DNA of 64,000 bases from Craspedostauros australis (GCA_030167865.1 JALAGF010000799.1:1-64000), one strand, 5' to 3'; shown: positions 12,801 to 22,875, counted from the first letter of the stretch. Notes: generated by a model from the letters alone, not told the origin. A program made the numbers and translations.

Positions 12801-15040
12801 TAGCAGCGATCGATATGCTTGACGAGGGACAGGCTCTGCTCGTCGTCGACCAGCGTCTCGGTGATGGTGGGGTAGCACACCATGTCGTCGACGGTGGCGT
12901 CGAAGTACTTGTGCGTGTAGGTCACGGTGAAGGCGGCCTGGCAGATGGCGCGCACGATGGTGGGTGACAAGTTGCTGTTCATCGTCTTTTGGGTCTCGTT
13001 GAGGATGGTCTTGAGTTCCTGCTGCAGCAAGGCCTTGCGTTGGTCGGTCTCGTGCTGTCGGCGCTGTTCTCGTTTCTCTTCGGGAGTGACCGGTTCTGGC
13101 AGGATGACGTCGTCGCCGCCGGTCTCCTGATTCACGCCGAGCATGGAACTGTCCTTCGCGTTGCGTGGAGGAGTGGCGTAGCTGTTTGGTTCTGTGCTGT
13201 CCGGGGTGGCGTTGAGTCCAAGACGTTCCTCGAAGGTGGTCTGCTTGACCTCCTGGAGGCGTTCCATGATCTTGGAGGCTTGTGGCCGCGATGGAGATTC
13301 GTTTTCCTCCGTCTCGGCCGAGGAGTTAACGTCCATGAATGTGGCATCGAAGCTCACTGCCGGCGATGCCTGCAGAATCTGCTCCAGCGCAGAATTGTTA
13401 TCGCCGGCGTTTCGTTTGTTGGTTGGTAGATCCGGCAGAGATGGCGTGATGGCGGAGGACTCCTGGCCGTCTGTTGCTGCCGAAGATTGCTCCTGCTGGG
13501 ATTGCAACCACATGTCGGTAGACTCCAGGAAAGCTGCGTGTATCGCAGACTTCGTTTGAACTGGCGCACCGCTGACGTCGGCGTCGTCGCTGGCTCGGCT
13601 GTTGTTGTCGGTGGTGATCTGAGATCCAACAATTTTGGTAGCTGCAACGTCATTGCTGCTGTCGGAAGCCGCTGCGTTCCTTTTGCGGTCTTCGGAAGGT
13701 TGATCTGCGTGAGGAGATTGGGAACCCATGGTGGAAGGCGTCGAATGCTGCGGCGACGATGTGTCGGAAGGAGTGAAGTAGGAACCGTTGGCATCCTGCG
13801 TGGACATGTTCCTGGGTGGTGTGCGATGGTCCGGATCCGCCTGACCGCTAGCGTTGCGGATGGGCGATGTGGGAGGGAAGAAGGGTGGTTGGACTCCGTC
13901 GTTCTCTTTGGTCGACGCTGAATCGGTTGCTGCGTTGGTGGCGCCGGCTGTATCCGCGTCGGCAGTTTGATTTGCAGGTGCAGTGACAGAGGAGGCCATC
14001 TTTGCGAGTTGTTCCGATGGAAATAGATCCGTAAAGCCCATGATCTTGCTTATCCTGTACCGTTCGTGATCTGGCAGAACCTCCCTGTTAGCTTCGAAAG
14101 GGTCTAGCTCCACACGATTCTGGATGTGCAATGGAAGAGTCCTCTTGTTCCGCCATGCACTGGATGATGACGAGGATGAAGATGAACTCGACGGAGATTG
14201 AGATGCGCTGCCTTCTGCACTTGCCTTCTTTTGGAAGTAGAGGCTGCTGTCTTCGTCGTCGTCGTCGCTGTGATTACTACTGTTGGTTCTGCTGCTACTG
14301 CTGCTGATATCTGCGTCCTGATAATCGTTGCCACCAAGGTTGCCAATATCAAGAGCAGTGTCAAAGGAAAGCGTTCCAGCTTGCTCCACGTCGCTCCACC
14401 AATGATCCAACGCGTTGTTGGCACTGCCGATGCTGCTGTGGCTGCTGAGGTCGAAGCTCTGGCTGCGTCTCGATCTTTCTTCGCTGCGCTGGGTCTTGGC
14501 CTCCTCCAGTCGGTTGTCCAGCCTCGCCTTGCGTTCACGCAATCGCTGCAGCTTCTCGGCGATCTGCTTGGCGCTGTCGGAAGGTTGCTTCTGTTGTTGC
14601 TTCTGCCGTTGCTTCTGCCGTTGCTTGTCTCTGCGCCGTTTCGATAGCTTCGATGATGACTTGGATGGTGCCTTTGACGATGCTGTGGATGCAAATGTGG
14701 ATGCAAATGTGGATGCGATACCTGTTGCTTCCTTTTGTGATGGAGCAAGAGATGTGGATGCCTGCGATGTGTTGCTATTGCTATTGGTGGTGATGGTGTT
14801 GATAGTAGTGTGGCTATGAACGTTCTCCCCACCAGTGCTCCCGCTGCTCTCGCTGCGATTGCTGTGGACTGAGGCGCTTCTGCCACTCTTCGTCCGTTTG
14901 GTTTTTGCCGACGACGATGAGGACTGAAGCGACGCCGACCTCGCAGCAGCGCTCTTGTTGCTGCCGCTCCTGCCATCGCCCTCACTGTTCCCACTGCTAT
15001 TGCTGCTGCCATGCCTCGAACCTCCCAACAGACGGATCAT
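6863..15040 (-). CDS. Unconventional myosin heavy chain (2725 aa): ~1200-aa N-terminal extension, SH3-like domain, motor domain, ~9 IQ motifs, coiled-coil tail
   Basis: Single long ORF. Motifs: ILYNL..R...PYT..GDIVIAMNPF, P-loop GESGAGKTE, switch I NAKTTRNDNSSRFG, switch II LLDIFGFE, FEQFCINYANEKL, YIRCIKPN, GKTKIFF. Repeated IQxxxRG-like motifs follow, then an E/K/Q/L-rich heptad tail. Confidence 0.97.
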   Translation of the reverse strand: MIRLLGGSRHGSSNSSGNSEGDGRSGSNKSAAARSASLQSSSSSAKTKRTKSGRSASVHSNRSESSGSTGGENVHSHTTINTITTNSNSNTSQASTSLAPSQKEATGIASTFASTFASTASSKAPSKSSSKLSKRRRDKQRQKQRQKQQQKQPSDSAKQIAEKLQRLRERKARLDNRLEEAKTQRSEERSRRSQSFDLSSHSSIGSANNALDHWWSDVEQAGTLSFDTALDIGNLGGNDYQDADISSSSSRTNSSNHSDDDDEDSSLYFQKKASAEGSASQSPSSSSSSSSSSSAWRNKRTLPLHIQNRVELDPFEANREVLPDHERYRISKIMGFTDLFPSEQLAKMASSVTAPANQTADADTAGATNAATDSASTKENDGVQPPFFPPTSPIRNASGQADPDHRTPPRNMSTQDANGSYFTPSDTSSPQHSTPSTMGSQSPHADQPSEDRKRNAAASDSSNDVAATKIVGSQITTDNNSRASDDADVSGAPVQTKSAIHAAFLESTDMWLQSQQEQSSAATDGQESSAITPSLPDLPTNKRNAGDNNSALEQILQASPAVSFDATFMDVNSSAETEENESPSRPQASKIMERLQEVKQTTFEERLGLNATPDSTEPNSYATPPRNAKDSSMLGVNQETGGDDVILPEPVTPEEKREQRRQHETDQRKALLQQELKTILNETQKTMNSNLSPTIVRAICQAAFTVTYTHKYFDATVDDMVCYPTITETLVDDEQSLSLVKHIDRCYAHLQDEKMIPAELITTLVMVAARLHKTDAVNVEHRETMSMPIDLTPSALEDFVVVDVVPLPVHDDADAVEAGDDEQRDGVEPTASETDKDVDVLSPSSEATNVGGDEPNEDDLKRIPMTPEQREERLQRIRDQMQSILDELKSELGIELSPTVADVLHEAASNVAELKCYMDDRAWFFPSVHDAIMDHTLTAKANDLYIIETDEDEFPVEFTSLLRIVAVRRLEEDDTKYGRALKEKQRNARPLDLEDDVDLAILQVDSAEEVHADMADAEMDDQPVDGIATADEAVTPELVKQANRPLEEVVVSQSNDSPIDKELDSIGSPSRKEQSFRLSHLEIQGGGGNSSNQISGDMSDITMTAASKEGTSSRHEPRSIAKELEEAVSEEKKDIAGDDVNTKDNAPGALEAIMTQSKPAVSMDKPAAIVSPDVTPRKSHRKKIAKQSRLSDAQYAHFSRQKKSSAWTHAQLSGFDALPFDPKKSVKGVYVKDRAFAWLPAKITKHEDDGVIVNIIESDDWEDTTVNSEALFKNSLQRHPSLKNRSDDEIADLMKQNGIRSACSLRKVLFADYTDGELPQQNSLVGSEGKSDMADLIHLHDAAILYNLKDRHYRSKPYTRVGDIVIAMNPFRWINELYSSDTRDEYATHYIWEAHRDGDDGSTITGISEKVTMGDRTALDPHVYEVSSSAYRGLATGGENQTILFTGESGAGKTESVKIVITHLATVQETRPEGVDAEHVTAQEIVSRVCQSSPIFEAFGNAKTTRNDNSSRFGRFIQLQFLLEPEDASINAGRAVPYTDLVGSKTTTYLLEKSRVVHHDDNERSYHIFYQLLAAPSATKDKFFDGFGTSTASDYAFLSQSAALSDGFADEDNWHSTCAALKLFKIYGADLEELMRALIIVLQLGNLTFDEVLGQGTSVTSEEALNKLSAMTGLPAADLESSLTSRLLRTPGNSVDVRVGMPPQAAYEARDALAKDIYARIFDAVVRSMNDFTAFGAAALKSGQSIGHISLLDIFGFENFEVNRFEQFCINYANEKLHNKYVHDNFNFIKAEYEREGIDLYDFALVDNADVLDLLEGRDGLIGSLNEECLRPQGTPENYVLKNKVAFKESNRLIDRKLHTRTEFGLMHFASPVEYDATEFLERNMDTISNDLASCAAKFDNAFIRSQFEELMTTRSSGAADDIMTSPKKKRGRNYVIEKFRQQLHGLMDAMTGSRTRYIRCIKPNNSMTPRLTDHNTTLYQLQCSGLITAIQISKESFPTSLGYDFILSRYSMLIEEQQEAGESGSPDGSKLSALVAAAETTNEKVQAVLTSWLSDLSTPNMNGSRSLPFACGKTKIFFKPGAQERLEVLRKSYYGKRAATIQKHARRKLAVGRYAALRVHTVRLQAFVRMAVVRVQRRDMIQSSTSIASWFRCMKAQREYRGTRAAALKIQSLSRGNLGRKDASTMRSNRAATSIACWTRCIGAQQALRGLREHHAALKIQSFARARSAKLMTGTMRRERAALQIQCIVRIKMAARVSESLRRQKAAITIQAAVRGLPVRKEYSRRAHANEVLQKFARHMLMMRTMKNRLAEIMRVSKMTKQREASQMSSVDAEGRKFERAIDETSSSAKSVASQSTSDGPAQRPALHDMEAAMTTMKAEMAALRQSNEALTHRAEKAEKTNRTLSSQVERADSGALAARTRVAELQKINEGLAKKIFAFKSDNNQLRRSYQSKNYQTVNKLNSIEKKLSAMTSERDAEVARLKDELKEQQDSAMQELQSLRHDKDLMEARYKAELTKMKNELKSTQESHHAYLKQIMEVLEKTQAAREQEAKRINEDLKNIRKKKNDQIVSLHQEIVRLKSEQEAPPVPQEKVKLIQARTEKEEESRARRSAQVDNVVQDIYKLADSKAVPQDIGSMLSDNVELLHHLYRIEEDSQRKDDRTSMELIEVYTQTVKPDEAISKLKTRLMDTLEQVKILQEQVGSGCERCAAIDARIAARSSQQS

Positions 15041-16701
15041 CGTGATACGACTGCGGGTACCTCCACCAGCAAGACCACCAGCACCTCCACGAGCACCAAT
15101 CGGCTTCTTTCTCCAATCACTCGCTCGCCACGATCATGCGGCGCACCTAAAAACTTGGCGCTGCTTTGATGGGATAGAACGATGCGCTCTGCTATGTGTT
15201 GCATACCAACGGCAACGCCTACTATGCCATCGACATGGAGCCAACGCTCGAGGTTGTAAGTTGGAACGGACGAAGTGCTTTGGAAGTGCGCGATGTCGTC
15301 CGTTTTTGCTTCCTCGTCTTTTTTGGCGCGATACTTGCCCACAACACTTCCGCGGAACAGGTCGCAATAACGAGGAACTACTCGCTCGAAACCTCGTAGA
15401 CTGCACCTCGGACGCAGCGACGTTGAGAACCTGGCAGGCGCGAAACACTCCCACCACTGCTTCAAACACACATTAATTATCGTGTGGATGCCATTCATCC
15501 AACGGCAGCGCGGATGGGCGTTACGCTGACCGAGGCGCCCAAAAATAAACCGGATGTTCTTGCGATCTGCGAACACTCAGCAACACGCAACACTGCGGAG
15601 ACGAACATTCCGTCCATTCCATCTATTATAATTGCATGACGGGCTGGGATAGAGTCGATTAGACTTGTCTCTGTCCAAACATCAGAAAGACGACTGCAGA
15701 GGGATGGTGTCTGGTTTGGTCTGGGCATGATGTGACGATCTTTGTCTTGGAGGAAACGCGCCACTGCATGTCCTTGGAAGGATCGCCACAAATCTGGCTC
15801 CCGCACTGCTTCCACTGCTGCCACACAATGCCACCCTCCACGTTGCAACCAGAGATGTCGCGCTCTCCCTCTCCAGACAGTAAATGGTTCCTGATCACAA
15901 GATGGGGTCTCAAGGACAGCATTACAGTTTCTTCTCGTTGTTCATGAAGCCTCCACCATCGCATCAGCTGTCGTATTGGCGCATGGAATCGATGATGCTT
16001 TCTGAAGATGCTGTTGGCCTCCTGACATGTCAGAGCAACTGAGAATACACAAGGACCACAACTACTCATGAGTAATGGGTATCACGAGGGGAGGTATAAT
16101 ATGTATCTAGACAGAGTATAGCATTCTATTATGCATCCTTTGTGTCCTCACATTCCTTCCTGTACCTGCCTTTTCCTGTTGCAGACCTCATCTCTCTCCA
16201 CAGAGAATTGCTCAAATTGACGCCAACCCCGACGCAGTAGCGGCATCATTGATTCGGCATAGTACAGGACTTTCCTCGTGTGCCCTCCACGAGACTCATC
16301 TACTCTAAATCGCAATAGTCACATGCTTCTGCAGATGGAGACGGAGGCCGCCGAAATTTGTCGCAGAAACGCCGTTCGCGCATCAGTTCAGCGGCGATTC
16401 TCTTTCTTCCTCAGAACAAACCAGAACTTCGGTTTGCACTCATTGTGCTTGCGCGTGAGCGCCACATTCTTCCCAATTGATGGTGACACCCATGACTAGC
16501 GCAGAACACCGGCATCAAAAGGTCATTGTGCGCGTACTCGTAATCTGACTGTATGGTACTATGGTGCGTCGAATGTTCTCGGTTAGATTAGCTTGTTCCA
16601 TTCAGACTGAAGTATTCTACTCTAGCATATATACTCAACCCTCTATTGTTTGCTTACTTGCTTATTTGTTCATCCTGCTGCTTGCTCTCGTTGGACACGC
16701 T

Positions 16702-18450
16702 TCAAGCGAGGTCATCGAGGCAGCGCAGAATCTCAATGATCTTCCAGTAGGACTCTGTTTCCTCCTCATCGAGGATGGATGGTCGAAGGATCGTGTTCCA
16801 GCAAGCTGGGTTCAGAGAGGAGTGGTTCAAAAATGTGTTGAGTCCGTGCGGTGATGTTGGTGTCTGCATGTCGTTGGACTCTGCCAGCTGATGGACGAGC
16901 AGTGCCAGAGCAACCAGCGAGTTCGGGTAGGAGATGAGGTCGGCGTCGCACAGAATCTGATCCATGAGCTGGCGCAAGGATGTGCCGGTTGCTGTCATTC
17001 GTGAGAAGCAGACGCTGCCGTTCAGGTCCAATGCTTCCAGCAACTCGCGGTAGATGGTGGGGACGGTTGGTACGGTGAGCCTCCATTGCAACTTGGAAAG
17101 GATCTTGTACTCCAATCGTTTCAATTCCTCATGGGCGTACTTGCCATGAGACATGTGAAGGATCATGTCGAACGACAGCATGTGCGGAGTGTTGTTGGCA
17201 TGGACATTTGTGCTAGCTGCGTCGAAGCGCACTTCACCGTATGGTCCAACCAACGGTGCCGCGAGCACTTGCGAAGTGGGGGACGTGTGGTTCATCTTGC
17301 TGATGATGTGGAAGCAGACCATGCAGTAGAGCTGGTAGGTGCGGTAGGTGGTGGATGAGGTATCCTCGTCTCCATCGAACATGTCCGTGAGCATGCAGCG
17401 ATCCAGGAGTTCGAAGGCGGCGTACACCCATTCATGGTCCCAATTGAAGATCGTGGTGATATGGAAGCACCAGCGGATCATCTGCGTCCTCCAGGCGAAG
17501 AGGGACGACAGCGGCGTCGCTGGGGGTCTGCGAGGGGCGATCGTCGCCTTTCGGAAAATTGTTGACGATGAGAAAGATGACCGATCCGTCCACGCAGTGA
17601 TCTGGCTCCCGTTGAGGTTCTTGCCGGGCCTCGAGCCGTGGCCGATGGCGGACAAGGAGCCATGGGAGGAGGCTGAGATGGATTGGAGGGACGTGGTGCG
17701 TTTGGAAGAAGAAGGTGGGGGAACGGTTGCACCGTCCGACTTGCTCCGGAAGAGGCCACCTCCCGACCTGTTGGGGAAGAACCAGGATGTAGTCGAGACA
17801 GGTGGCGTGGAAGACGAGCGCTGGTGTGTTGATTCCAGGCTGTCTTGCCGGCTTCCCAGAGAGAATCGCCAGGACAGGCTGTCGGAACCATCGCAGTCAT
17901 CGTTGTCTGTTGGTTGGGAGCGACCGTCGACTTGGGTTGGGCTGCGTTCGCCATTCTGCACATGCTGGGCACAGTTGCAGGAATCGTGAGGCTGCTGCAG
18001 CTGCTTGATCGTCACGACGTCGAAGTCCGTGACGAGGCTGGCGCACGCCTCGATGACGTGCAGCGGTGAAGTGATCCGTTTTTTCTCGTTCGGATGATGA
18101 TGATGATGAGAATTCCCAGAATCACGGAGATTCGGGCTTGTGTGGTCCACACGATAGTTGCTGCCGACATGATGAGCACAGCCGTTTCGCTCCACAGCCG
18201 CATCTCGATCTTCGATCCACTGGGTCATCTTGCTGGTGGGGTGATGGCTCTCCTGACGCAACATCGCCTTCAGACGGTCCAGCCAATCTGGTTGCGACCA
18301 TACGTGAGACTTCCAGCGAGTATCCGTGGGAGTGCATGAGCCGATGGTTGTAGAACCGGAGTCATTGTTTCTCATCACAGGTCTCGTTGATGGTGTTGGC
18401 ATTTGGGTTGCCATTGGCATCGACATCAAACCTCCAGCTGGTTGCTGCAT
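16702..18450 (-). CDS. Cyclin N-terminal-box protein (diatom-specific cyclin type), 582 aa
   Basis: Cyclin box pattern: WRTQMIRWCF....F....VY.AF.LLDR, YQL..M.CF.I.SKM, S.G.Y..EELKRLEYKILSKLQWRL..PT. An upstream LKAMLRQE motif is also present. Confidence 0.85.
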   Translation of the reverse strand: MQQPAGGLMSMPMATQMPTPSTRPVMRNNDSGSTTIGSCTPTDTRWKSHVWSQPDWLDRLKAMLRQESHHPTSKMTQWIEDRDAAVERNGCAHHVGSNYRVDHTSPNLRDSGNSHHHHHPNEKKRITSPLHVIEACASLVTDFDVVTIKQLQQPHDSCNCAQHVQNGERSPTQVDGRSQPTDNDDCDGSDSLSWRFSLGSRQDSLESTHQRSSSTPPVSTTSWFFPNRSGGGLFRSKSDGATVPPPSSSKRTTSLQSISASSHGSLSAIGHGSRPGKNLNGSQITAWTDRSSFSSSTIFRKATIAPRRPPATPLSSLFAWRTQMIRWCFHITTIFNWDHEWVYAAFELLDRCMLTDMFDGDEDTSSTTYRTYQLYCMVCFHIISKMNHTSPTSQVLAAPLVGPYGEVRFDAASTNVHANNTPHMLSFDMILHMSHGKYAHEELKRLEYKILSKLQWRLTVPTVPTIYRELLEALDLNGSVCFSRMTATGTSLRQLMDQILCDADLISYPNSLVALALLVHQLAESNDMQTPTSPHGLNTFLNHSSLNPACWNTILRPSILDEEETESYWKIIEILRCLDDLA

Positions 18451-20882
18451 GGTTGTTACTCCTGTCGTGGATGTGATTGATGTGGCAGTACTCTCGTGTG
18501 GAGCAGTGTTGTTGCTTGTTGTTTGTTATGATGTGTCGCTGTTGTTGTTGTTGTTGTTTGGTGGTACCATGTGGAACAGTTCCATCCGATCTGTTTCTTG
18601 CTTCTTGCCTGTTTTTGTGATCGTTGTTTTGTGTGATCTTTCGTTTTGTGTGATCTTTCGTTTTCTGTGGCCACAAGTTTGTGCGCGCACGTGCGTTTAC
18701 GTGTTGTTGGTGTGGTCGTGGCAGATGATGGAGATTCGGCAACGTGAGAAAGTCTCTTTGTTAGCGATCGTGCAAGTACAACCGACAAAATCACCTATTT
18801 TGTGCACTGAGAGGGCTGCTTTCTCTCTCTCTTTTTCGGTGTTCGTGTCTGTCGTCAACCCGTTTGTCATCCCGCGTCGCCATTCCTCCTCTCCCGATTG
18901 CAATCCCAAGCACACGCAACTGCAACAATCGCCACGCGGGACATAGCCTTCTCGATGCAAAGTTCTCTCCAACCGTCGTCACATTGGTCTCCACAAGTGC
19001 ACCCGTGTTCCTCGTCAGATCGCCAGCATCTGCGATGACGTAAGCAAGCTTGACTGGACGAGTGATCCAAATACGCCAAGTCGCGCCAGCCGTCCGCCGA
19101 CAAAGAAGATCCAGGGAGGAGCCCTCTGCGCCAACCACGTATTCTTCGCGCCAAGTGTATCTTTAGAGTTCTTCGCAGGGTTCTCCGAACGTTAAACTTC
19201 CGGCAGTTATGACGGATTTAGTTTACGATTGACGATGTAGATACAGAAGGCTAGAGAGGAGGCAACAGCCACAACAGCTGGTCGAACAGGTTGTGACCAG
19301 ACGACGACGATAATAGCAACGGTAACAGTGGCGGCAACAGCATGATGACAGAACAACACGTTCTCTGTAGACCACGCAGCAAGCCCACATGCGGGAGCAG
19401 AAGGATGAGTGGATGGTATTAGGAATAGTACATAGTACGAGAAAGAGCAAGATACCTTCAAGCCGTGGCAATCGCATCATTCTCATGTCCTGCTGGGCTC
19501 CCAGGATGTTCGACAGAAATCATCAACGAACCATTAATACTATCCTCATCTCTGCCTCGCAACATGCTCTGTGCTGTTGGCTTCTTGATACTGTTTCTAA
19601 TTCTGACATACTATGTGTAGTCACAATTGTATTCTACTATGCACTTGCAGTTGCCGTCACAGTCGCATTTTCAGTCGCAGCCGCAGTTACAGTCGCAGTC
19701 GCTACCATGATGAGATGTTTCGACTCTGCAGCATTGCTTCCCAATCGGCGGCGGCATTCCTCCGATTGTATTTGCGTTTGGGTCCATCTCCATTCCACAT
19801 GTGTTGACGTTTGGCGTGTGATGTTTGATGTTTCTCGTTTGTATTTGCGTTTCGCTCTCTCTTGACGCTGATGTTCTCCATCCATCTTGTGGTGCGTTTT
19901 CACCCTCCCACGACCACCAAGGTCTCTGTTTTGAAGCGGAAGATTCTTCAGGGTTGCAGGCTTGTTCGCGCCTCGAAGATGCCTTGTTCAATTTCCTCTT
20001 GGGTGCCAAGAGACCGTCTGTTTCTCCAGTCGGTACAATAAAATACGAGGGACTTCTTACAACCCACAGTCTTTGCGCCACGCAGATCGTCGCCGGTATA
20101 GGACTCTACTACTATACTATACTCAATTGCATGCATGTTCGGAGGTTGCCACCACCGCCATGAGAAGACATACATCTCCGTGCCCTTTCGTTGAATGATC
20201 ATGTAGCACTCCCCGCCGGTATGTACGAGTAGTACGATCCAGAGAGCTGCGTTACCAACGCCAAACATCGCAGACGATACACTGGTGAGGTTGAACTCAC
20301 AGAGAGGTCAGCGGGGACAGATACTGCCGACAAATCATGGCGGTTGCTTCTCTCTGACAGTGCCGGTGTCCATGTCGATGCCGATGTTGGTGGTTGGTCT
20401 TAGTCTTGTCTGTTTCTCTCTGTGGGACGCTCACCCACTCGTCAGGAACACAAGCGGGACTAAAGGAGAACCGTTACATGAATCGGAACGGAAAAACGGC
20501 CAATTGTGGACGTTACACCTGCCAACCACAAACATCTGTTTCCAAGCGGCGGACATGAGGAACAAAGACGATTGTTCGCCTGTGCCCGCCTCGTTCGCTG
20601 GGCGATCCGTCTGTTGCTTTGTTGGCGTGGCATCACGCTCGCGTGTCACGTTCACACAGCCCCACATCTGTCAGGGGGAGAGAGAGGACGAGCGTCAGTG
20701 TAGATCTAATGAGGGTGCAGTACGATCTATCATATTATTATGACAAATCATGTATTCCAAGAGCGTGATGCCACGTCTTGCTGCTCCGACTTGTGCATGA
20801 CAGGAGCACATCAATCTCCATTGATTGCTGTCTTCACAGAATCACCTCGCCTCCCTTTCTTCTTGCCCTTCCTTCATGTGGC

Positions 20883-22181
20883 TTACGGCAACAACTGATT
20901 TCGGCATCCCAAGGTCACCGTGAAAGATGTCGGTCCATCATTCATGCCAATGATCTGGGCAGTGGAAGTTCCAGAAACGGTATCGCCGTACAAGACGTTA
21001 GCTTGGCATTCGTCCATGGAAGGGACTCTGCTGTCATCGATTTCACAAATCTCGATGAACGAAAAGGTTTGCGCCGGCCCAGGCGCACTTCCCACAGACA
21101 AGGCCATGGGACACATCCAGATGAGTTGCGGGGAAATGTCGAGAATGGGTTCAAAGAATGGGTCTCCTCCGTCGCAATCAATGTCGTCGCATGGCAATCC
21201 AAACCCAGCCGCGGGCGCGGGGCCGCTGCCACCGTCGAAGATGATTTCGGGCTGTGACCCTCCGGATGCTCGCGCAGGCTCTCCTGTCATGCCCGTGGAG
21301 CCCTGCGGGCAGTCCATGATGAATTCGTATTCAGTGTCTACAAATCCAGGCGCTTGATTTATCATCGTGCTTGCCACTTGGATGGTGGCATCGAGCTTGT
21401 AGTCGTAGTTGCAGATGCCACCGATGCATTCCATGATCTTGGTGGGGTCGCGGTGACTGTCGATCACGACCGGGATGGTGCTGGCCTCGACAAATCGGAA
21501 GCTGCAGCCGCGGACGTTCACCGTAGACTCCGCCGTCTGGGCAAGAAGGAATGAAAGGATCACATCCTCCGGGGCTGGTCCGATGACCAAATCGCATGGT
21601 GGAAGCGAATCACTAGGATCATCAGAGCAGATAGCTGGCAGCTTTCTCCCGTGGCGGATCTTCTTGCCGCTGGCCTTGGCGCTAGCATTGGCACGGGCCG
21701 CCTTCCGTTGATGATCCGATTTCTTCTCTTCGATGGATACGGCCTCCGCAACCTTGCGCTTGCGAAGGTGTCCATCGTTGCCAATGCCTGTTGGGGTTGT
21801 ATCATACATGCTGCCCCCTGCACCTGAAGGTATTCCCGGAGTGGCATCACCCATTCCGTCCATTCCGCCGTCAGTGTACGGAAGCATGGAATCTCCACCA
21901 AAGATTGCTTCTGTTGGGATGTTGGAGCCGTTCAAGGTGAAGATCCCCGTGTTGACTCGTGGCTGCCGTGGCGTCGATGAAAAGGAAGAGCTGCCGCTTT
22001 GCCATCTGGCCAGCCGCCGCCGACCAGGTCCAGCCGACTTGTCGTTCAGTGCATCATTTGCGGATGCACCTGCTGGATCCATCGCATCCTGATCGGCGGC
22101 GCCTCCGACATTTGCGCTGGCAGAGCAAGCGTCGACGGAGAGCAGGAGTGGAATGAGCGCGGCTGTGAAATGGATCTTCAT
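20883..22181 (-). CDS. Secreted protein (432 aa) with signal peptide, two RXL processing motifs and a Cys-containing acidic C-terminal domain
   Basis: Starts MKIHFTAALIPLLLSVDACSA (signal peptide). Contains RRRL and GRKL motifs, with 12 Cys after the second. The upstream in-frame part of the ORF track looks like UTR. Confidence 0.8.
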   Translation of the reverse strand: MKIHFTAALIPLLLSVDACSASANVGGAADQDAMDPAGASANDALNDKSAGPGRRRLARWQSGSSSFSSTPRQPRVNTGIFTLNGSNIPTEAIFGGDSMLPYTDGGMDGMGDATPGIPSGAGGSMYDTTPTGIGNDGHLRKRKVAEAVSIEEKKSDHQRKAARANASAKASGKKIRHGRKLPAICSDDPSDSLPPCDLVIGPAPEDVILSFLLAQTAESTVNVRGCSFRFVEASTIPVVIDSHRDPTKIMECIGGICNYDYKLDATIQVASTMINQAPGFVDTEYEFIMDCPQGSTGMTGEPARASGGSQPEIIFDGGSGPAPAAGFGLPCDDIDCDGGDPFFEPILDISPQLIWMCPMALSVGSAPGPAQTFSFIEICEIDDSRVPSMDECQANVLYGDTVSGTSTAQIIGMNDGPTSFTVTLGCRNQLLP

Positions 22182-22809
22182 GGTGTCGGAACTGTGTGGC
22201 AGGAAAGAATTCAATTCGAGAAAGCGAGCGAGCGAGGGAGAGAGGACAGGATAAGTCGGCTGGAGTTGAAGGTGATGGATGCAGGGCATGCATACATACA
22301 ATATCGCAGTGCAATTGTGCTCGTAGGATATGTGTGATTGTCGCCACATAGAGAGGAGCAATGATCGGTGTTCTTGTGCATGTTCACTCCCACTACTCCA
22401 TACATTTGGCTGGTGTCGACATGATCTTACCTTTCTTCGAGTAGAGTAGTGTAGAATAGAGTAGATTGGTTGGGTTTGTGGTCAAGTGTTGATTCTCGAG
22501 ATTATGACTTGTTCATTTTGTGAGCACTGATCTCGCATCACAGAGATCCCGAGGATGCAGAAGCAACGATGAGGCTCTGTGGACCACGCTCTCGAAGCAC
22601 GTCCACGGCTACATGAGCGTATCCCACCATGTGGTAGGGTATCGCAGATGCTGCACTCATCACACAGGATCGTCGCAAGGCAAGCGCATTCTCACACGGG
22701 CACCGACACATGCGACATCAAGCATCTTTCCAGAGGAGCTTCATTGTTGGCTCAACGAAGAAGCCATTTGGTTGCTTGTTTGTTTGCCCTGATCGTCCAA
22801 GCGTTGCTA

Positions 22810-22875
22810 TCCAAGTTGGGTTCGTTTGCTGTCGACTGGCTGCTGCCCAAGTCGGATTCGTTTGCTGTTGACCGG
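22810..22875 (+). repeat. Two-copy diverged ~36-bp tandem repeat
   Basis: ccaagttgggttcgtttgctgtcgactgg versus ccaagtcggattcgtttgctgttgaccgg. Confidence 0.6.
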
